A DNA stretch of 63,990 bases, filler included, from 9 parts of 9 records of this genome joined end to end with filler, not necessarily neighbours in it; one strand, 5' to 3'; counted from the first letter of the whole stretch, positions 12,332-23,535 are shown. Numbers and translations are program-made. The notes: generated by a model not told the origin, from the sequence alone.

Positions 12332-13393
12332 ATGAATAATAATAAAATAGAGTGGGTGAATATTGCAAAAGGGATTGGAATACTGCTTGTCATATATGGA
12401 CATGTTGTACGACCAAGATCAGTTTATATATATTCATTTCATATGCCTTTCTTTTTTTATATATCTGGTTTTCTATATAATCAAAAATATTCATTTCAGG
12501 ATTATTTGAAAAGAAAAGCATCTTCATTGCTTTTACCATACATTAACTTCTCTATAATATCATGGTTATTTTATTTTATTATTGGAATTACGAATAAAGA
12601 AGATTTTTCTAATTATATTGAAATATTATTCCAGATTTTTTTAGGAAGAGGGGATAATGGAGGGAACGACGTACTGTAGTTTTTACCTTGCTTATTTATT
12701 GTTAGTATTGTATTTTATATTATTAATCTTCAAAAAAAATACATTGGGATTCTCTGTATCTTGGTCATCTCAATTTCGGGATTCTGTTTAAGCAAATCAT
12801 ATTTTTCAAGGGGTATATTTTTACCTTTTAAAATCGACTCAGCTATGACTGGGGTTTTATTTTATGGTTTAGGTTTCTATAGTAAAGGATATTTAAAAAA
12901 GTTTTATAGCTATACATGGGTTGATAACATATTTGCATCAATATCTATAATTCTACTTTTTGAAATTTTACATATCTATTTTGCTATCCAAAATTTGAAA
13001 TATATTGATTGGGTAAGAATGGTATCCAATATTTATGGTAATTTCTTTTATTTTTTTATAGGTGCCATTTCTGGAATAATTGCTTTTATTTTTATCTCAA
13101 TGAGGTTATCAAAATTTGGATATAAGTTTTCTTTATTAAAACATCTTGGAAAGAACTCTCTAGTGATAATGGCTACGCATAAAATATTATTATATATAAT
13201 AAATTTCATTGTATTACGAATAACTTTCCTTGATTCCTTCCTGTCTGATAATCTGGAATTAAAAAAGATTGTTTTCACAATGGTTATTGTGCTTTGTTCA
13301 TTGCCATTAATATATACTATTAATAGATATTTTTCTTTTTTACTTGGCAATTATGGCAAAAGTAATAAACGTGTATATATTAAAAAAGATTAG
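12332..13393 (+). pseudogene. Acyltransferase_3 family membrane O-acyltransferase with in-frame TAG at 12677-12679
   Basis: IAKGIGILLVIYGH, IYSFHMPFFFYISG; reads VL*FLPCLF where the family has LWFLPCLF; the frame continues to 13393. Confidence 0.8.
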
Positions 13394-13494
13394 TGATCTA
13401 ATTTTGTAGTATTTTGAGATCTATAAGTAACCTTATTAACAATGATATTTTTGACCTTGGATGTATGTCAAAAAATAATCAGAGTTGAATAATA

Positions 13495-14321
13495 GTGGAG
13501 GAATATGTGAAGAATAGGAATTTAGAAATCGAGATAAACAAGACAGACTATAGATGGTCAGAATTTAAAGGTGAGTCTATAAGCGTTTATTTTGTAGGAT
13601 TCTTTTGGTTAAATGACCATTTCTATTCTAACGAAGATGCTATCAATTATTTAATAACTGTCTATAATGATGGTAATTCATTTAGTGAATCAGATGAAAT
13701 TTTGAATTCATTGAATGGTTCATGGTCAATTATTATTTTAAGAAATGGTGAAGTTTTTTTAGCATCAGATGTAATTAGAGCATTCCCAATTTTTTATTAC
13801 GTTTCTGACGAGAAAATAGTAATTACAGACGCTCCTAATTTCACAAAAAACTTAAAAAATAGAGAATACTCCGAAGATAATATTTATCATTATTTGAAAA
13901 CTGGCGCATGCTTACCTGGAGAAACAGTAATAAAAGATTTTTATGATGTAACAGCAGGAGGTTATATCCATATAAATCAATCATTAATTGTAGAAAAACT
14001 ATATTGGATGCATCCTGAAATAATTGATGAAGTAAATCATAACAAATTGTTGAATAAAATTAATGATAATTTTAATAACGTGTTTAGTAGGATGAAAAAA
14101 ACTTGAGATGTCTAATTCTATAGTTTTTTTACCATTAAGTGGTGGAATGGATTCTCGTCTATTAGCGTGGGCATTAAAAAAATACAAAATTAAAAATAGA
14201 ATTATCTGCTTTTCATATGGTGTAGATAGTGATGTTGAAGAAGCAAGAATAAGTAGTCAAATAGCAAATGAACTTGGTTTTGAATGGGAGTTTATACAAT
14301 ATACTAAGGAAAACTGGAAAA
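13495..14321 (+). CDS. Asparagine synthase-like amidotransferase (3' truncated; frameshift in A7 at 14095-14101)
   Basis: LNGSWSII..ASDVIRAFPIFY (Ntn-like region) followed by the PP-loop LPLSGGMDSRL. Confidence 0.8.
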
Positions 14322-14421
14322 NNNNNNNNNNNNNNNNNNNNNNNNNNNNNNNNNNNNNNNNNNNNTTAATTAATTAANNNNNNNNNNNNNNNNNNNNNNN
14401 NNNNNNNNNNNNNNNNNNNNN
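14322..14421. other. Artificial contig-joining spacer
   Basis: Same 100-nt spacer. Confidence 0.99.
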
Positions 14422-14479
14422 AGTTTATCCCTCATAGCCTTGGCGACGTGGAACCCGAGGATGACAATGGTTTACCGGT

Positions 14480-15214
14480 ATGAAAATATTAGCACTAGAT
14501 ACTTCAACAATGATGGGTTCAATTGCAATACTTGACGATGATCAAGTTGTTGCTGAGCACCTGTTAAATGTTAACGTTACCCATTCTGAGAGATTGATTC
14601 CCTCTGTCGATCTTATGTTAGAACAGACAAATCTCTCACTAGATGATATGGACGGTTTTGGTGTAGCAATAGGTCCAGGTTCTTTTACAGGATTGAGAAT
14701 TGGACTTGGTGCTATAAAAGGCTTTTGTTTTGGTGTTGATAAGCCTGTAGTTGGAGTTTCTTCTTTAGAAGCATTGGCTTATAATGCTTATGGCCTAAAA
14801 TCTCCTGTTGTTTCTCTACTTGATGCAAGACGCGGTGAATACTATATCGCAATATATAATCTTAGCCCTGATGGAGGTTCTATCCTCCTAAAAGAACAGC
14901 TGTTGTCACCAGAAGCTGTTCTTGATCAACTTGAATCACTAAAACAAGATTTTATTGTTGTTGGTGATGGCCTTTATAGATTGAAAGATGAGATTGTCTC
15001 TAGAGTAGGTGAGAAGTTTATTGTTCCACCAGCTTCAATGATTCATACAAGAGCTTCAAACATAGCTTCTCTTGCATTAAAAAGGTTTAAGGCTGGAGAT
15101 GTAGATAATATAGATACTTTAGCACCAAACTATATAAGAAAGTCAGATGCAGAACTAACAAAAGAAGAAGTAATTGCAATTGTTCGTCATTGCGAGCGAA
15201 GCGCGGCAATCTAG
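14480..15214 (+). CDS. tsaB: tRNA threonylcarbamoyladenosine biosynthesis protein TsaB
   Basis: LALDTST, HSERL, GPGSFTGLRIG, DARRGE, P.YIR. Confidence 0.95.
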   Translation: MKILALDTSTMMGSIAILDDDQVVAEHLLNVNVTHSERLIPSVDLMLEQTNLSLDDMDGFGVAIGPGSFTGLRIGLGAIKGFCFGVDKPVVGVSSLEALAYNAYGLKSPVVSLLDARRGEYYIAIYNLSPDGGSILLKEQLLSPEAVLDQLESLKQDFIVVGDGLYRLKDEIVSRVGEKFIVPPASMIHTRASNIASLALKRFKAGDVDNIDTLAPNYIRKSDAELTKEEVIAIVRHCERSAAI

Positions 15215-15285
15215 ATAATAAAAGTGTGTTAGCTGGATCGCCACACCCTAAAGGGTTTACGTCAGAGGCGCACAAGCGCGATGAC
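15185..15285. repeat. REP/RPE-like palindromic composite repeat
   Basis: CGTCATTGCGAGCGAAGCGCGGCAATCT...GGATCGCCAC...CGCGATGAC with inverted GTCAT/ATGAC ends. Confidence 0.7.
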
Positions 15286-15305
15286 ACAAGATTATTGTAA
15301 CCTGG

Positions 15306-15764
15306 ATGACTCTAATGTTTAATATTGTTTTATTCCAACCCCAGATTCCACCAAATACCGGTAACATCGCAAGACTTTGTGTTGGTACAAATTCGAAACT
15401 TCATATTGTTAGGCCTATTCCTTTTTTTCTAGATAATAAAAGCATGAGACGTGCTGGGTGTGATTATTGGGACGATTTAAGTTTAGAATGTCACAACTCA
15501 CTTGAGGATTTGTATAAAAAAGCTTCTCCAGGCGCTACATTTTACTATATTACAAAGTTTGGTGAAAAGAATTATACAGATATCGAATTCAAAGACGGTG
15601 ACTATATAGTCTTCGGAAGCGAAACTAGCGGTCTCCCAGAAGAGGTTCGTAGAGATAACAAAGAAAGAACCCTCAAAATTCCAATGCCAGGCCCAATCAG
15701 GTCACACAACCTCTCCAATTCAGCAGCAATAGTTTTGTTTGAAGCAATAAGACAAATCTCGTAA
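15306..15764 (+). CDS. trmL: tRNA (cytidine/uridine-34 2'-O)-methyltransferase TrmL
   Basis: PQIPPNTGNIARLC, RRAGCDYW, FGSETSGLP, IPM...RSHNLSNS (SPOUT fold). Confidence 0.93.
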   Translation: MTLMFNIVLFQPQIPPNTGNIARLCVGTNSKLHIVRPIPFFLDNKSMRRAGCDYWDDLSLECHNSLEDLYKKASPGATFYYITKFGEKNYTDIEFKDGDYIVFGSETSGLPEEVRRDNKERTLKIPMPGPIRSHNLSNSAAIVLFEAIRQIS

Positions 15765-15838
15765 ATAGTGATTTGTGAATAGTGAGTAGTGCATATTTTA
15801 AACTATTTACGATTCACGACTAACCATTTACGATTTTA

Positions 15839-17389
15839 TCAATTCTCAATCATAGCAACAAAGGTTGAAGCTAGTTCTGGGTCAAACTGTGTCCCAATGT
15901 TTTGCTTCATTTCACTTATAGCCTTGTCGAGAGGAAGAGCAGGGCGGTATGGTTGATCAGTTGTCATCGTATCCCATGCCTCGGCAATCGCTAAAATACG
16001 AGCTCCCAAAGGGATGCTCTTTTCAGCTAACTGATCAGGATAACCCTCGCCGTTATACCACTCATGATGATGAAGAATTATCGACATCTCGTTTTTCCAG
16101 AATGGTGATTCACCTAAAAGCTGCAAACCAATTATTGGATGTTGTTTTACAAGATCAAATTCATTTGTGCTCAGTTTGTGACTTTTGAGTAGGATTTTTT
16201 TGTCGATGGCAACTTTGCCAATATCGTGAAGCATTCCACTTCTCTTGATTGTGACAATTTCCTCGTCACTCATACCTAGCTTTCTTGAAAGTCTCTCCGC
16301 AAAAAATGCAACGCGTTCAGCGTGAGCTGCCAAAAAGCGTTTATAGAATGGTCCATTCTCAAAAATATTAATGATTTCTTTGAAATAGCCCTGTTTTGTT
16401 TCTTCAGTTAGTTTATGAATTCTGACATTAAGTTCTTCAATTATTTTTTCATCTTCTGAAAGTTTAGGATGAATTGCGGCTTCGGCATCCTCGATTGTTT
16501 TGAATTGGTCTTTCCCACAGTGCTTAGCTTCAAGAAGGGCACGTCTTAGAGCGTTTATCCATTCATCTGATGTCTTGAAAGAAGGTCTGACTTCTGAAAT
16601 TCCTATGCTCGCTGTTGGATTCTGTGTTGTCTTGCCACGAGCGAATTTAGTTTTGTGAATCTCTTCTTGAATTCTCTCAGCAACTCTGGTTGCTGAATTT
16701 GAAGTCGTTGCCGGAAGAAGGACTATGTACTCATCACTACCAAGTCTTGCTGTAATATCTACTTCGCGAGTCATGTTTTGCAAGAGTGCTGCAAATTCAC
16801 ACAAGATAATATTACCAACATCATGACCATATGATTCATTAATTGTCTTAAGATCGTCAATCCCCAAGATAAGTGCTGAGATTGGATTCTTGTATCTCTT
16901 GGCTTTCTTGAATTCTACTTCAATGACGTTATCGATATATCTTCTATTGTGAAGGCCTGTTAAATCGTCTCTGGTTGTCAAGTTGACTAGTTCTGCAGAG
17001 GTGTCTTTAAGTTTTGTAATCAATTTACAACGTTCTTGGAGATGAATGATTACATACTTAAGTGCATTAGATTTAAATTCGGCAGCAGAAAGTACCTGAA
17101 CAGGCTTGTCTGAAATCGATTCATATGTCTCAAAATTGGAGTCGGCATTTGTAACAATGACAACAGGGATGTTTCCAGTGTTTGAGATGACGTCATAAAT
17201 AATTTTGTCGGATATCTTAGAGGCATCTATGAATATTATGTCAGGAATTTCTCCTGCAAAATCAGAATTTGCTTCCGCTGTTTGGTAGATAGTTATATCG
17301 GGCCAAAAGGGCATCAGTATAGACTTAATGGGTTCTATAGCATTGATATCACTGGTGATATATTGAATCGAAATAGCCTTCCTATTCAT
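15839..17389 (-). CDS. GGDEF (degenerate GSDEY) + HD-GYP cyclic-di-GMP protein with REC-like N-terminus
   Basis: DDLTGLHNRR, YGHDVGN, ARLGSDEY; LHDIGK, HHEWYNGEGYP, AWDTMTTDQPYR, GTQFDP. Confidence 0.9.
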   Translation of the reverse strand: MNRKAISIQYITSDINAIEPIKSILMPFWPDITIYQTAEANSDFAGEIPDIIFIDASKISDKIIYDVISNTGNIPVVIVTNADSNFETYESISDKPVQVLSAAEFKSNALKYVIIHLQERCKLITKLKDTSAELVNLTTRDDLTGLHNRRYIDNVIEVEFKKAKRYKNPISALILGIDDLKTINESYGHDVGNIILCEFAALLQNMTREVDITARLGSDEYIVLLPATTSNSATRVAERIQEEIHKTKFARGKTTQNPTASIGISEVRPSFKTSDEWINALRRALLEAKHCGKDQFKTIEDAEAAIHPKLSEDEKIIEELNVRIHKLTEETKQGYFKEIINIFENGPFYKRFLAAHAERVAFFAERLSRKLGMSDEEIVTIKRSGMLHDIGKVAIDKKILLKSHKLSTNEFDLVKQHPIIGLQLLGESPFWKNEMSIILHHHEWYNGEGYPDQLAEKSIPLGARILAIAEAWDTMTTDQPYRPALPLDKAISEMKQNIGTQFDPELASTFVAMIEN

Positions 17390-17508
17390 CGTACCCCCTT
17401 TTTGTAAGGGCGTATAATAGAACTTATTTTTCTCTTTTTCAAGAGGAATCGATATCTATTCCCGCCCGCCGCCCCTAAAATGAGTTTTTGAAACATTTAG
17501 GTGCTCCA

Positions 17509-17651
17509 GGGGAGGAAATCATAAGTTATAAAAAGACACGGTTCATTTTGGGACGGCCCAAAATGCCCGTCATACTCGGTAATTCTTATCATGATATCCC
17601 GGTCGTCAAAATTCCCTCCGTATGCTTTTTATAACTTATGATTTCCTCCCC
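17509..17651. repeat. 143-bp element bounded by perfect 27-bp inverted repeats (MITE-like)
   Basis: GGGGAGGAAATCATAAGTTATAAAAAG (17509-17535) and its exact reverse complement (17625-17651). Confidence 0.8.
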
Positions 17652-17740
17652 ACGATCTATTTATATTATTCAAAAAATCGTTTTATAGAAAAAATTATAG
17701 ATAGGTTGTTTTTCCGGAAGCTGTTATAAATGAAGAACTT

Positions 17741-18822
17741 ATGAAGAGAATTTTGATATTAATTGCTTTGCTTATTGTTCTTAGCCCCTCAACCCTTTTT
17801 GCCTCTTTTAATAAGGAAATGGGCGTTGATCAGGAGTTGATTGATCAAGCTATCTTAGGCAAGGAGATGCTTTTTAATCGTCAGTATGGTCAGGCATTAA
17901 AGTTGTTCAGCAGACTTGAAAAAGAGTATTCAGATTCACCAACTGGAAAAGGTGGCAAGATGGCTGTTTGGCAGCTTAAGATGTTTGAGAATGAAGATTT
18001 TAGGTTTAAATCTCAGTATGAAAAAGCAGCTGAAGATTTTAATGCATTCGAAGTGAAGAGATTGAGGCAAGGTGATGTCCCTGTTTGGGATTTGTTTGTG
18101 TTTGGTGCAGCAGATGGAATGATGGGATTTTTTAGGTCGAGAGAGAGTAAGTGGTTATCAGCGCTAAAGAAGGCTCTTCATGCAACAAGAATGCTTAAGC
18201 AGCTCAAATGGAAGGCCCCTGATTTTATTGATGCAGATATGGGATTTGGTTCTTATGAATACTGGCAGTCGGCCATGACTCAAAGGATTAAGATTTTACC
18301 TTTTTTTAAGGACAACCGCCAAGAGGGCATAAGGCTCCTAAATGAAGTTGTTAAAAAGGGAGTATATGCAAAGGATTTGGCTAGAGCAAATCTTGTCTTT
18401 ATCTATAGTAATGAAAAGGATTACGTTAGAGCGGCGAAAGTTGCAGATGAGCTGATTTCAAAATATCCAAACAATATAATAATCAGATTTTTAAGAGCTG
18501 AAATATACTTTGATACAAAAGACTACGACAACGCCCTAAAACTCTTCCAAAAAATCTACGCCCAAGATTCAGGAATTACAAGATCGCTACTGTTCCAGGG
18601 TGTCATATTCTACAAACAAAAAAATTCGATGAATCAAAAGCAATCCTAGAAAAATACGTAAGCCTCGATAAGAATAAGATCTGGAATGCAGTAGGTCTCT
18701 ACTGGTTAGGAAGAGTAGCTGAAAAAAAGAAAGACATCCCTCTAGCCCGTCACTACTACAATGCATCAATCAAAAAAGATGGGTTTAAGCCTGCTAAAAA
18801 GAGGTTAAAAGCTCTGAGGTAA
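17741..18822 (+). CDS. Secreted tetratricopeptide-repeat protein; frameshift in A-run near 18618-18624
   Basis: Signal peptide and helical TPR-like repeats; shifted frame continues KFDESKAILEKY..LYWLGRVAE to TAA 18822. Confidence 0.75.
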
Positions 18823-18950
18823 TTTATTTCCATGACCCTCCTACGCGTAAAGCTTCGGAGGGTATTGTCGTTCTAGCTTCCTTCGTCACAAGAACGACAA
18901 TAGATAAAAACTCTTGGATTTCCTTAAAATTTCATATATGTCATCCTTCC

Positions 18951-20336
18951 ATGGGTATTACTATTGTCCAAAAAAGTGACCTTAAGAAAAAGAAGAAAAA
19001 TCCGACTACGGCCTTGATTTTGGCTGGTGGAGCAATAACGGGTGGCTCGTTTAAGGCCGGTGGTGTTAAGGCTCTAAACGACTATATGTCGAACTACTCT
19101 GTGAATGACTTTGATGTCTATCTCGGTATTAGTTCAGGCTCTCTTCTTGTAGCGCCTTTGGCGGGAGGTATTAAGCCTGAAGAAATCTTGAAGTCGTTTG
19201 ACGGTACCTCAGAGCGCTTTTCAGAGCTTTCTCCATGGAACTTTTATTGGCCAAACCTTAAAGAAATGTTCTATAGACCGCTAAGCTTTTGGTATAGCCA
19301 GCTTGCAAATCTACCTAGAATGGCTTTTTCGCTCTTTACAAGTATGCCAGTTATGTTGATGCAGTTTGCTAATCTTTTTCAATCGATTGTTAGAAATCCA
19401 ACTCCTGAAAATTACGATGCTTTAATGAAGGCGGTTTCAAATGTTGTTTCTGACTTTTCACTGCCTTCAATACTTCAGCTCTTGCCGTCGGGTGTTTTTG
19501 ATAACTCTTCAATCGAAAGATACTTAAGACTCAATATTAAAAAGAATCGCCTGACAAATAATTTTCTGGTTACTGAAAAGCTGACCGGAAAGCGTCTCTA
19601 TATTAGCGCGATGGCGGTCGATAGTGCTAAGCGTGTTGTTTTTGGGCCTGATGAGAATAGTGAAGCAACAATTTCACAGGCTGTTCAGGCATCAACTGCA
19701 ATGCCTGGTTTTTATAAGCCTGCTCGTATTAATGGTGTTGATTATGTCGATGGCGGGGTCCAAGAAACAGCAAATATCGATATAGCAATTGAAAAAGGTG
19801 CTGATCTAATTATCTGTTACAATCCTTTTAGACCGTATGATAACAAAGTATTGCTCGAGTATATTCGTAAAGAGAATAAATATACTTCAAAAAACAGAAG
19901 GCTTTCAGATGATGGTGTTATGGCTGTCATCAATCAGATATTCAGAGCGATGTTTCATAGCAGACTTCATGTTGCAATTGAACAGTATAAGACAGATCCG
20001 AATTTTAAAGGTGATATTATTCTGATCGAGCCAAAAGCAGACGATGCTGCATTCTTTGGTCTTAATCCTTTGGTATTTGGTAACCGAATCAAGGCTGCAG
20101 CTCTCGGTTATGAATCGGTCAGAAATTCAATTGACGAACACTATCCAAAGATAGCGAAGATTTTAAATTCCTATGATATTAAGATAAGTAAGAAGGGTGT
20201 TGAAGACGAGATAAGTCGTTTTAAAGATGTTAAAGAGAGCAGAGAAAAACTTCGTGAAGTTATTGAAGAGAGCAGCAAGCCTAAAACAGCAAGAAAGCCC
20301 AAAAAGAAAACAACTCGACGAAAAAAAAGTAACTAG
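18951..20336 (+). CDS. Patatin-like phospholipase family protein
   Basis: LAGGAITG (oxyanion), GISSG (GxSxG), YVDGG. Confidence 0.9.
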   Translation: MGITIVQKSDLKKKKKNPTTALILAGGAITGGSFKAGGVKALNDYMSNYSVNDFDVYLGISSGSLLVAPLAGGIKPEEILKSFDGTSERFSELSPWNFYWPNLKEMFYRPLSFWYSQLANLPRMAFSLFTSMPVMLMQFANLFQSIVRNPTPENYDALMKAVSNVVSDFSLPSILQLLPSGVFDNSSIERYLRLNIKKNRLTNNFLVTEKLTGKRLYISAMAVDSAKRVVFGPDENSEATISQAVQASTAMPGFYKPARINGVDYVDGGVQETANIDIAIEKGADLIICYNPFRPYDNKVLLEYIRKENKYTSKNRRLSDDGVMAVINQIFRAMFHSRLHVAIEQYKTDPNFKGDIILIEPKADDAAFFGLNPLVFGNRIKAAALGYESVRNSIDEHYPKIAKILNSYDIKISKKGVEDEISRFKDVKESREKLREVIEESSKPKTARKPKKKTTRRKKSN

Positions 20337-20344
20337 GATTTTTA

Positions 20345-21717
20345 ATGAAACAGCAGACTCTTTTTGGGGGTGGTGACAACTCCCAGAAGTCATCTATATC
20401 AGAGAAAAAAAGACTCAAAAAAAGTCTCCAAAGAAAGTTGTGAGACCTCAGACAGAAACTCCTGAGCCTACTATTCAAAAGCCAAAAGAGATGCCTGTGG
20501 TTGTACAACCAAAACCCGAACCGCAAAAGCCCAAAATATATAGTGTTACGGATATAGTCTCCGGAATGCGAAGTGCTATTGAAAAGAATTATGCAAATGT
20601 TTGGGTTGTAGGTGAAGTAAGTGGTTTCAAAAGACATAGCTCTGGACATTGTTATTTCACTTTAAAAGATAGCAATTCAGTTTTGCCTTCTGCAATATTC
20701 AGAGGTGCTGCTAGTAAAATTAAGTTTAAAATAGAAGATGGGCAAGAGTTGATTTGCCACGGTAAAGCTTCCCTATATCAGAAGGGTGGTTCGTATCAAC
20801 TGATCGTCGACTATGCTGAACCAAAGGGTGTTGGCAAGTTGCAGCTTGCATTCGAACAATTGAAGAAGAAGCTTCAGGCTGAAGGTCTCTTTGATAAAGC
20901 TCATAAAAAGCCTATTCCTTTTATTCCCAAAAAAATTGGTGTGATTACATCGCCAACGGGTGCTGCGGTTAGAGATATTCTAAAGGTCTTACGCAGGCGT
21001 TTCCCAAATATCGAAGTCTTGGTTGTTCCAGCTCGCGTTCAGGGTCCAGGAAGTGCTGAAGAGGTCGCAGAGGGCATTAATCTCTTAAATCAGAGGGATG
21101 ACATAGATGTCATGATTGTAGGTCGTGGAGGAGGTTCTCTTGAGGATCTATGGGCGTTTAATGAGGAAGTGGTTGCCAGAGCAATATTTGCTTCGAAAAT
21201 ACCGGTGATAAGCGCCGTTGGGCATGAAGTTGACTTTACTATCGCGGATTTTGTAGCAGATTTTAGGGCTCCGACTCCTTCTGCAGCGGCTGAACATGCT
21301 GTTCCGGTGAGTGAAGATCTCAGGCAGTATATAATAAGAGGTCAAAGGCAGCTTGTTTTTGAGTTGAGGAGAGGTGTTAAAAAACAGGTAGATAGGGTAC
21401 AAGAGTTGAAGCAAAGAATGGCGCCTCCAACAAAAAGATTTCCTGATTACTATAGATACATCGATAACCTAAAAGACAGAATGAACTATTCTGTGCAAGT
21501 AGCTGTAAAACAAAAAGAATCTTTAATTAAGGGGTTGGCGGCTGAGTTGAATCATCTCTCACCGCTGGCCGTATTGAGTAAGGGCTATTCGGTAGCGACT
21601 AAATCGGGTAGTAAAGAGGCTGTTAGGACTACAAAGAGCCTTAAAAAGGGTGATGAACTGGTTTTACGCTTTAACAAGGGGTCTGCTAACGCCAAAGTGA
21701 CGAAAATAGTTGACTAA
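20345..21717 (+). CDS. xseA: Exodeoxyribonuclease VII large subunit; probable start ATG 20345 with a 1-nt slip in the A7 runs at 20405-20423
   Basis: VWVVGEVS, SGHCYFTLKD, IGVITSPTGAAVRD, GRGGGSLEDLWAFNEE, SAVGHEVD, RAPTPSAAAE. Confidence 0.95.
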
Positions 21718-21866
21718 TCAAGGATTTAGGTGTGATAAACAAGACTACTTTAAGAATGCCAATTTTTTTAGAATTGGCATTCTTAAGGTTTAGTCGCTGT
21801 TATGCTTAGCTTTAATAAGTGATTATTAAAGCGGTTGAGTATAAGAAGGCCCTGGAGTAATAAGAG

Positions 21867-21901
21867 GTTGTCATCCTCGGGTCAAGCCCGAGGATGACAA
21901 C
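21867..21901. repeat. REP-like palindrome; related copies at 14454-14467 and 24844-24872
   Basis: GTTGTCATCCTCGGG-TCAAG-CCCGAGGATGACAAC, perfect 15-bp stem; both ends of contig C break in related repeats. Confidence 0.8.
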
Positions 21902-21940
21902 TATATTAATTTAGATGATGGATTTTTAATGGAGTAGGTT

Positions 21941-22192
21941 ATGGCGAAAAAGAGCGCAGATGAGAGTAAAGTTAGTTATGAAGAAGCAATTGCTAAGCTT
22001 GAGGAAGCTGTAAGGGGCCTTGAAAAGGGTGATTTGACACTTGAAGATTCACTTTCAACTTTTGAAGAGGGCATCAAGTGGTCGAGACTTTGTGAGAAAA
22101 AATTGACGGAAGCTAAAGGCAAGGTCGAAATGCTTGTGAAGAAAGCCGGTGGTGAAATTTCAACAGAAAATTTTGAATCAACAGAAATGTAA
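21941..22192 (+). CDS. xseB: Exodeoxyribonuclease VII small subunit
   Basis: YEEAIAKLEEAVRGLEKGDLTLEDSLSTFEEGI; lies between xseA and ispA. Confidence 0.95.
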   Translation: MAKKSADESKVSYEEAIAKLEEAVRGLEKGDLTLEDSLSTFEEGIKWSRLCEKKLTEAKGKVEMLVKKAGGEISTENFESTEM

Positions 22193-22213
22193 ACATTTAG
22201 ATGAGGTTAATAA

Positions 22214-23104
22214 ATGGATATAAAAAAGTACTTGGATGAAAAGAAAGTTGGAGTAGATGCAGCTCTTGAGAGATATTTATCAGAAGAGAGAAAGTATCCT
22301 GAAAATCTTTATAAATCTATGCACTATAGTGTAATGGCTGGTGGAAAGCGCATCAGACCTGTTCTTGCAATAGCTGCCACAGAGGCCGTTGGTGGTGACT
22401 TAAAACAGGTCATGCCTCTTGCTTGTGCGTTAGAGATGATTCATACTTTTTCATTAATACACGACGATCTTCCTTCAATGGATGATGATGACTATAGACG
22501 TGGAATGGCAACAAACCACAAGGTATTTGGCGAAGGTATTGCTGTGCTTGCGGGTGACGCCCTTTTGGCCGAAGCTTTTTACTGTTTAACACATCCAGAA
22601 CTTTTGGACGCTGTTCCAGCTCCTCTTCTTTTGGAAGTTGTTAGAGATATCTCTGCAGCAACTGGCCCGCGTGGAATGGTCGGTGGCCAGGTTTATGATA
22701 TTGAGTCTGAAGGTAAAAAGATTTCAGTTGAAGAACTTGAAAGACTTCATTTGTATAAGACCGGTTGTTTGCTTACAGTCTCCGTTACGAGTGGTGCAAA
22801 AATTGCCGGGGCAAACGGCGATCACTTGAAAGCATTAACTAGATATGGTGAGGCAATTGGACTCGCATTTCAGATAATCGACGATATTTTAGATATTGAA
22901 GGTGATGAAGAGGCCTTGGGAAAACCAATAGGTTCGGATGTTTCCAAGGATAAGTCAACTTTTCCTGCATTGATTGGAATGAAAGAATCGAAAGAACGTG
23001 CAAATAGCTTGATTGAAATTGCAGAGAAATCGTTAGATATTTTTGGAGAGAGTGCAGCACCTCTAAGAGCTATAGCACGTTACATTATCGAAAGAAGAAA
23101 TTAG
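22214..23104 (+). CDS. ispA: Farnesyl/geranylgeranyl diphosphate synthase
   Basis: GGKRIRP, SLIHDDLPSMDDDDYRRG, LAGDALL, AFQIIDDILD, GKPIGSD. Confidence 0.95.
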   Translation: MDIKKYLDEKKVGVDAALERYLSEERKYPENLYKSMHYSVMAGGKRIRPVLAIAATEAVGGDLKQVMPLACALEMIHTFSLIHDDLPSMDDDDYRRGMATNHKVFGEGIAVLAGDALLAEAFYCLTHPELLDAVPAPLLLEVVRDISAATGPRGMVGGQVYDIESEGKKISVEELERLHLYKTGCLLTVSVTSGAKIAGANGDHLKALTRYGEAIGLAFQIIDDILDIEGDEEALGKPIGSDVSKDKSTFPALIGMKESKERANSLIEIAEKSLDIFGESAAPLRAIARYIIERRN

Positions 23105-23108
23105 TTTT

Positions 23109-23534
23109 ATGAAGAATATTGTTACAAAAATTGAGCTGTCGACTGATGATCCGATTCAAGTTGTCAATTTGACTGACAAGGTTAACGCACTTGTGAAAAT
23201 ATCGGAAGTAAAGAATGGGCAGATCAATCTGATTTCAAATCATACAACTGCTTCGATAAATATTAATGAGTGCGAAGAGAAACTTCAAAAAGACATGGTC
23301 ACATTCTTGAAGAGATTTGTTCCAAAAGACGGTGACTACCAGCATAATATAAATACTCTAGACGGCCGTGACAATGCTCACTCGCATTTGATGGGCATGC
23401 TTATGAACGCCTCTGAAACAATTCCTCTACTTGATGGCGAAATGGTTCTTGGAAAATGGCAGTCGATATTTTTTATCGAACTGGATGGCCCAAGAGATAA
23501 AAGAAGTATCACCATCCAAATCATAGGAGAGTAA
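23109..23534 (+). CDS. yjbQ: YjbQ/UPF0047 family protein
   Basis: [32 protein letters not shown]. Confidence 0.92.
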   Translation: MKNIVTKIELSTDDPIQVVNLTDKVNALVKISEVKNGQINLISNHTTASININECEEKLQKDMVTFLKRFVPKDGDYQHNINTLDGRDNAHSHLMGMLMNASETIPLLDGEMVLGKWQSIFFIELDGPRDKRSITIQIIGE

Positions 23535-23535
23535 A

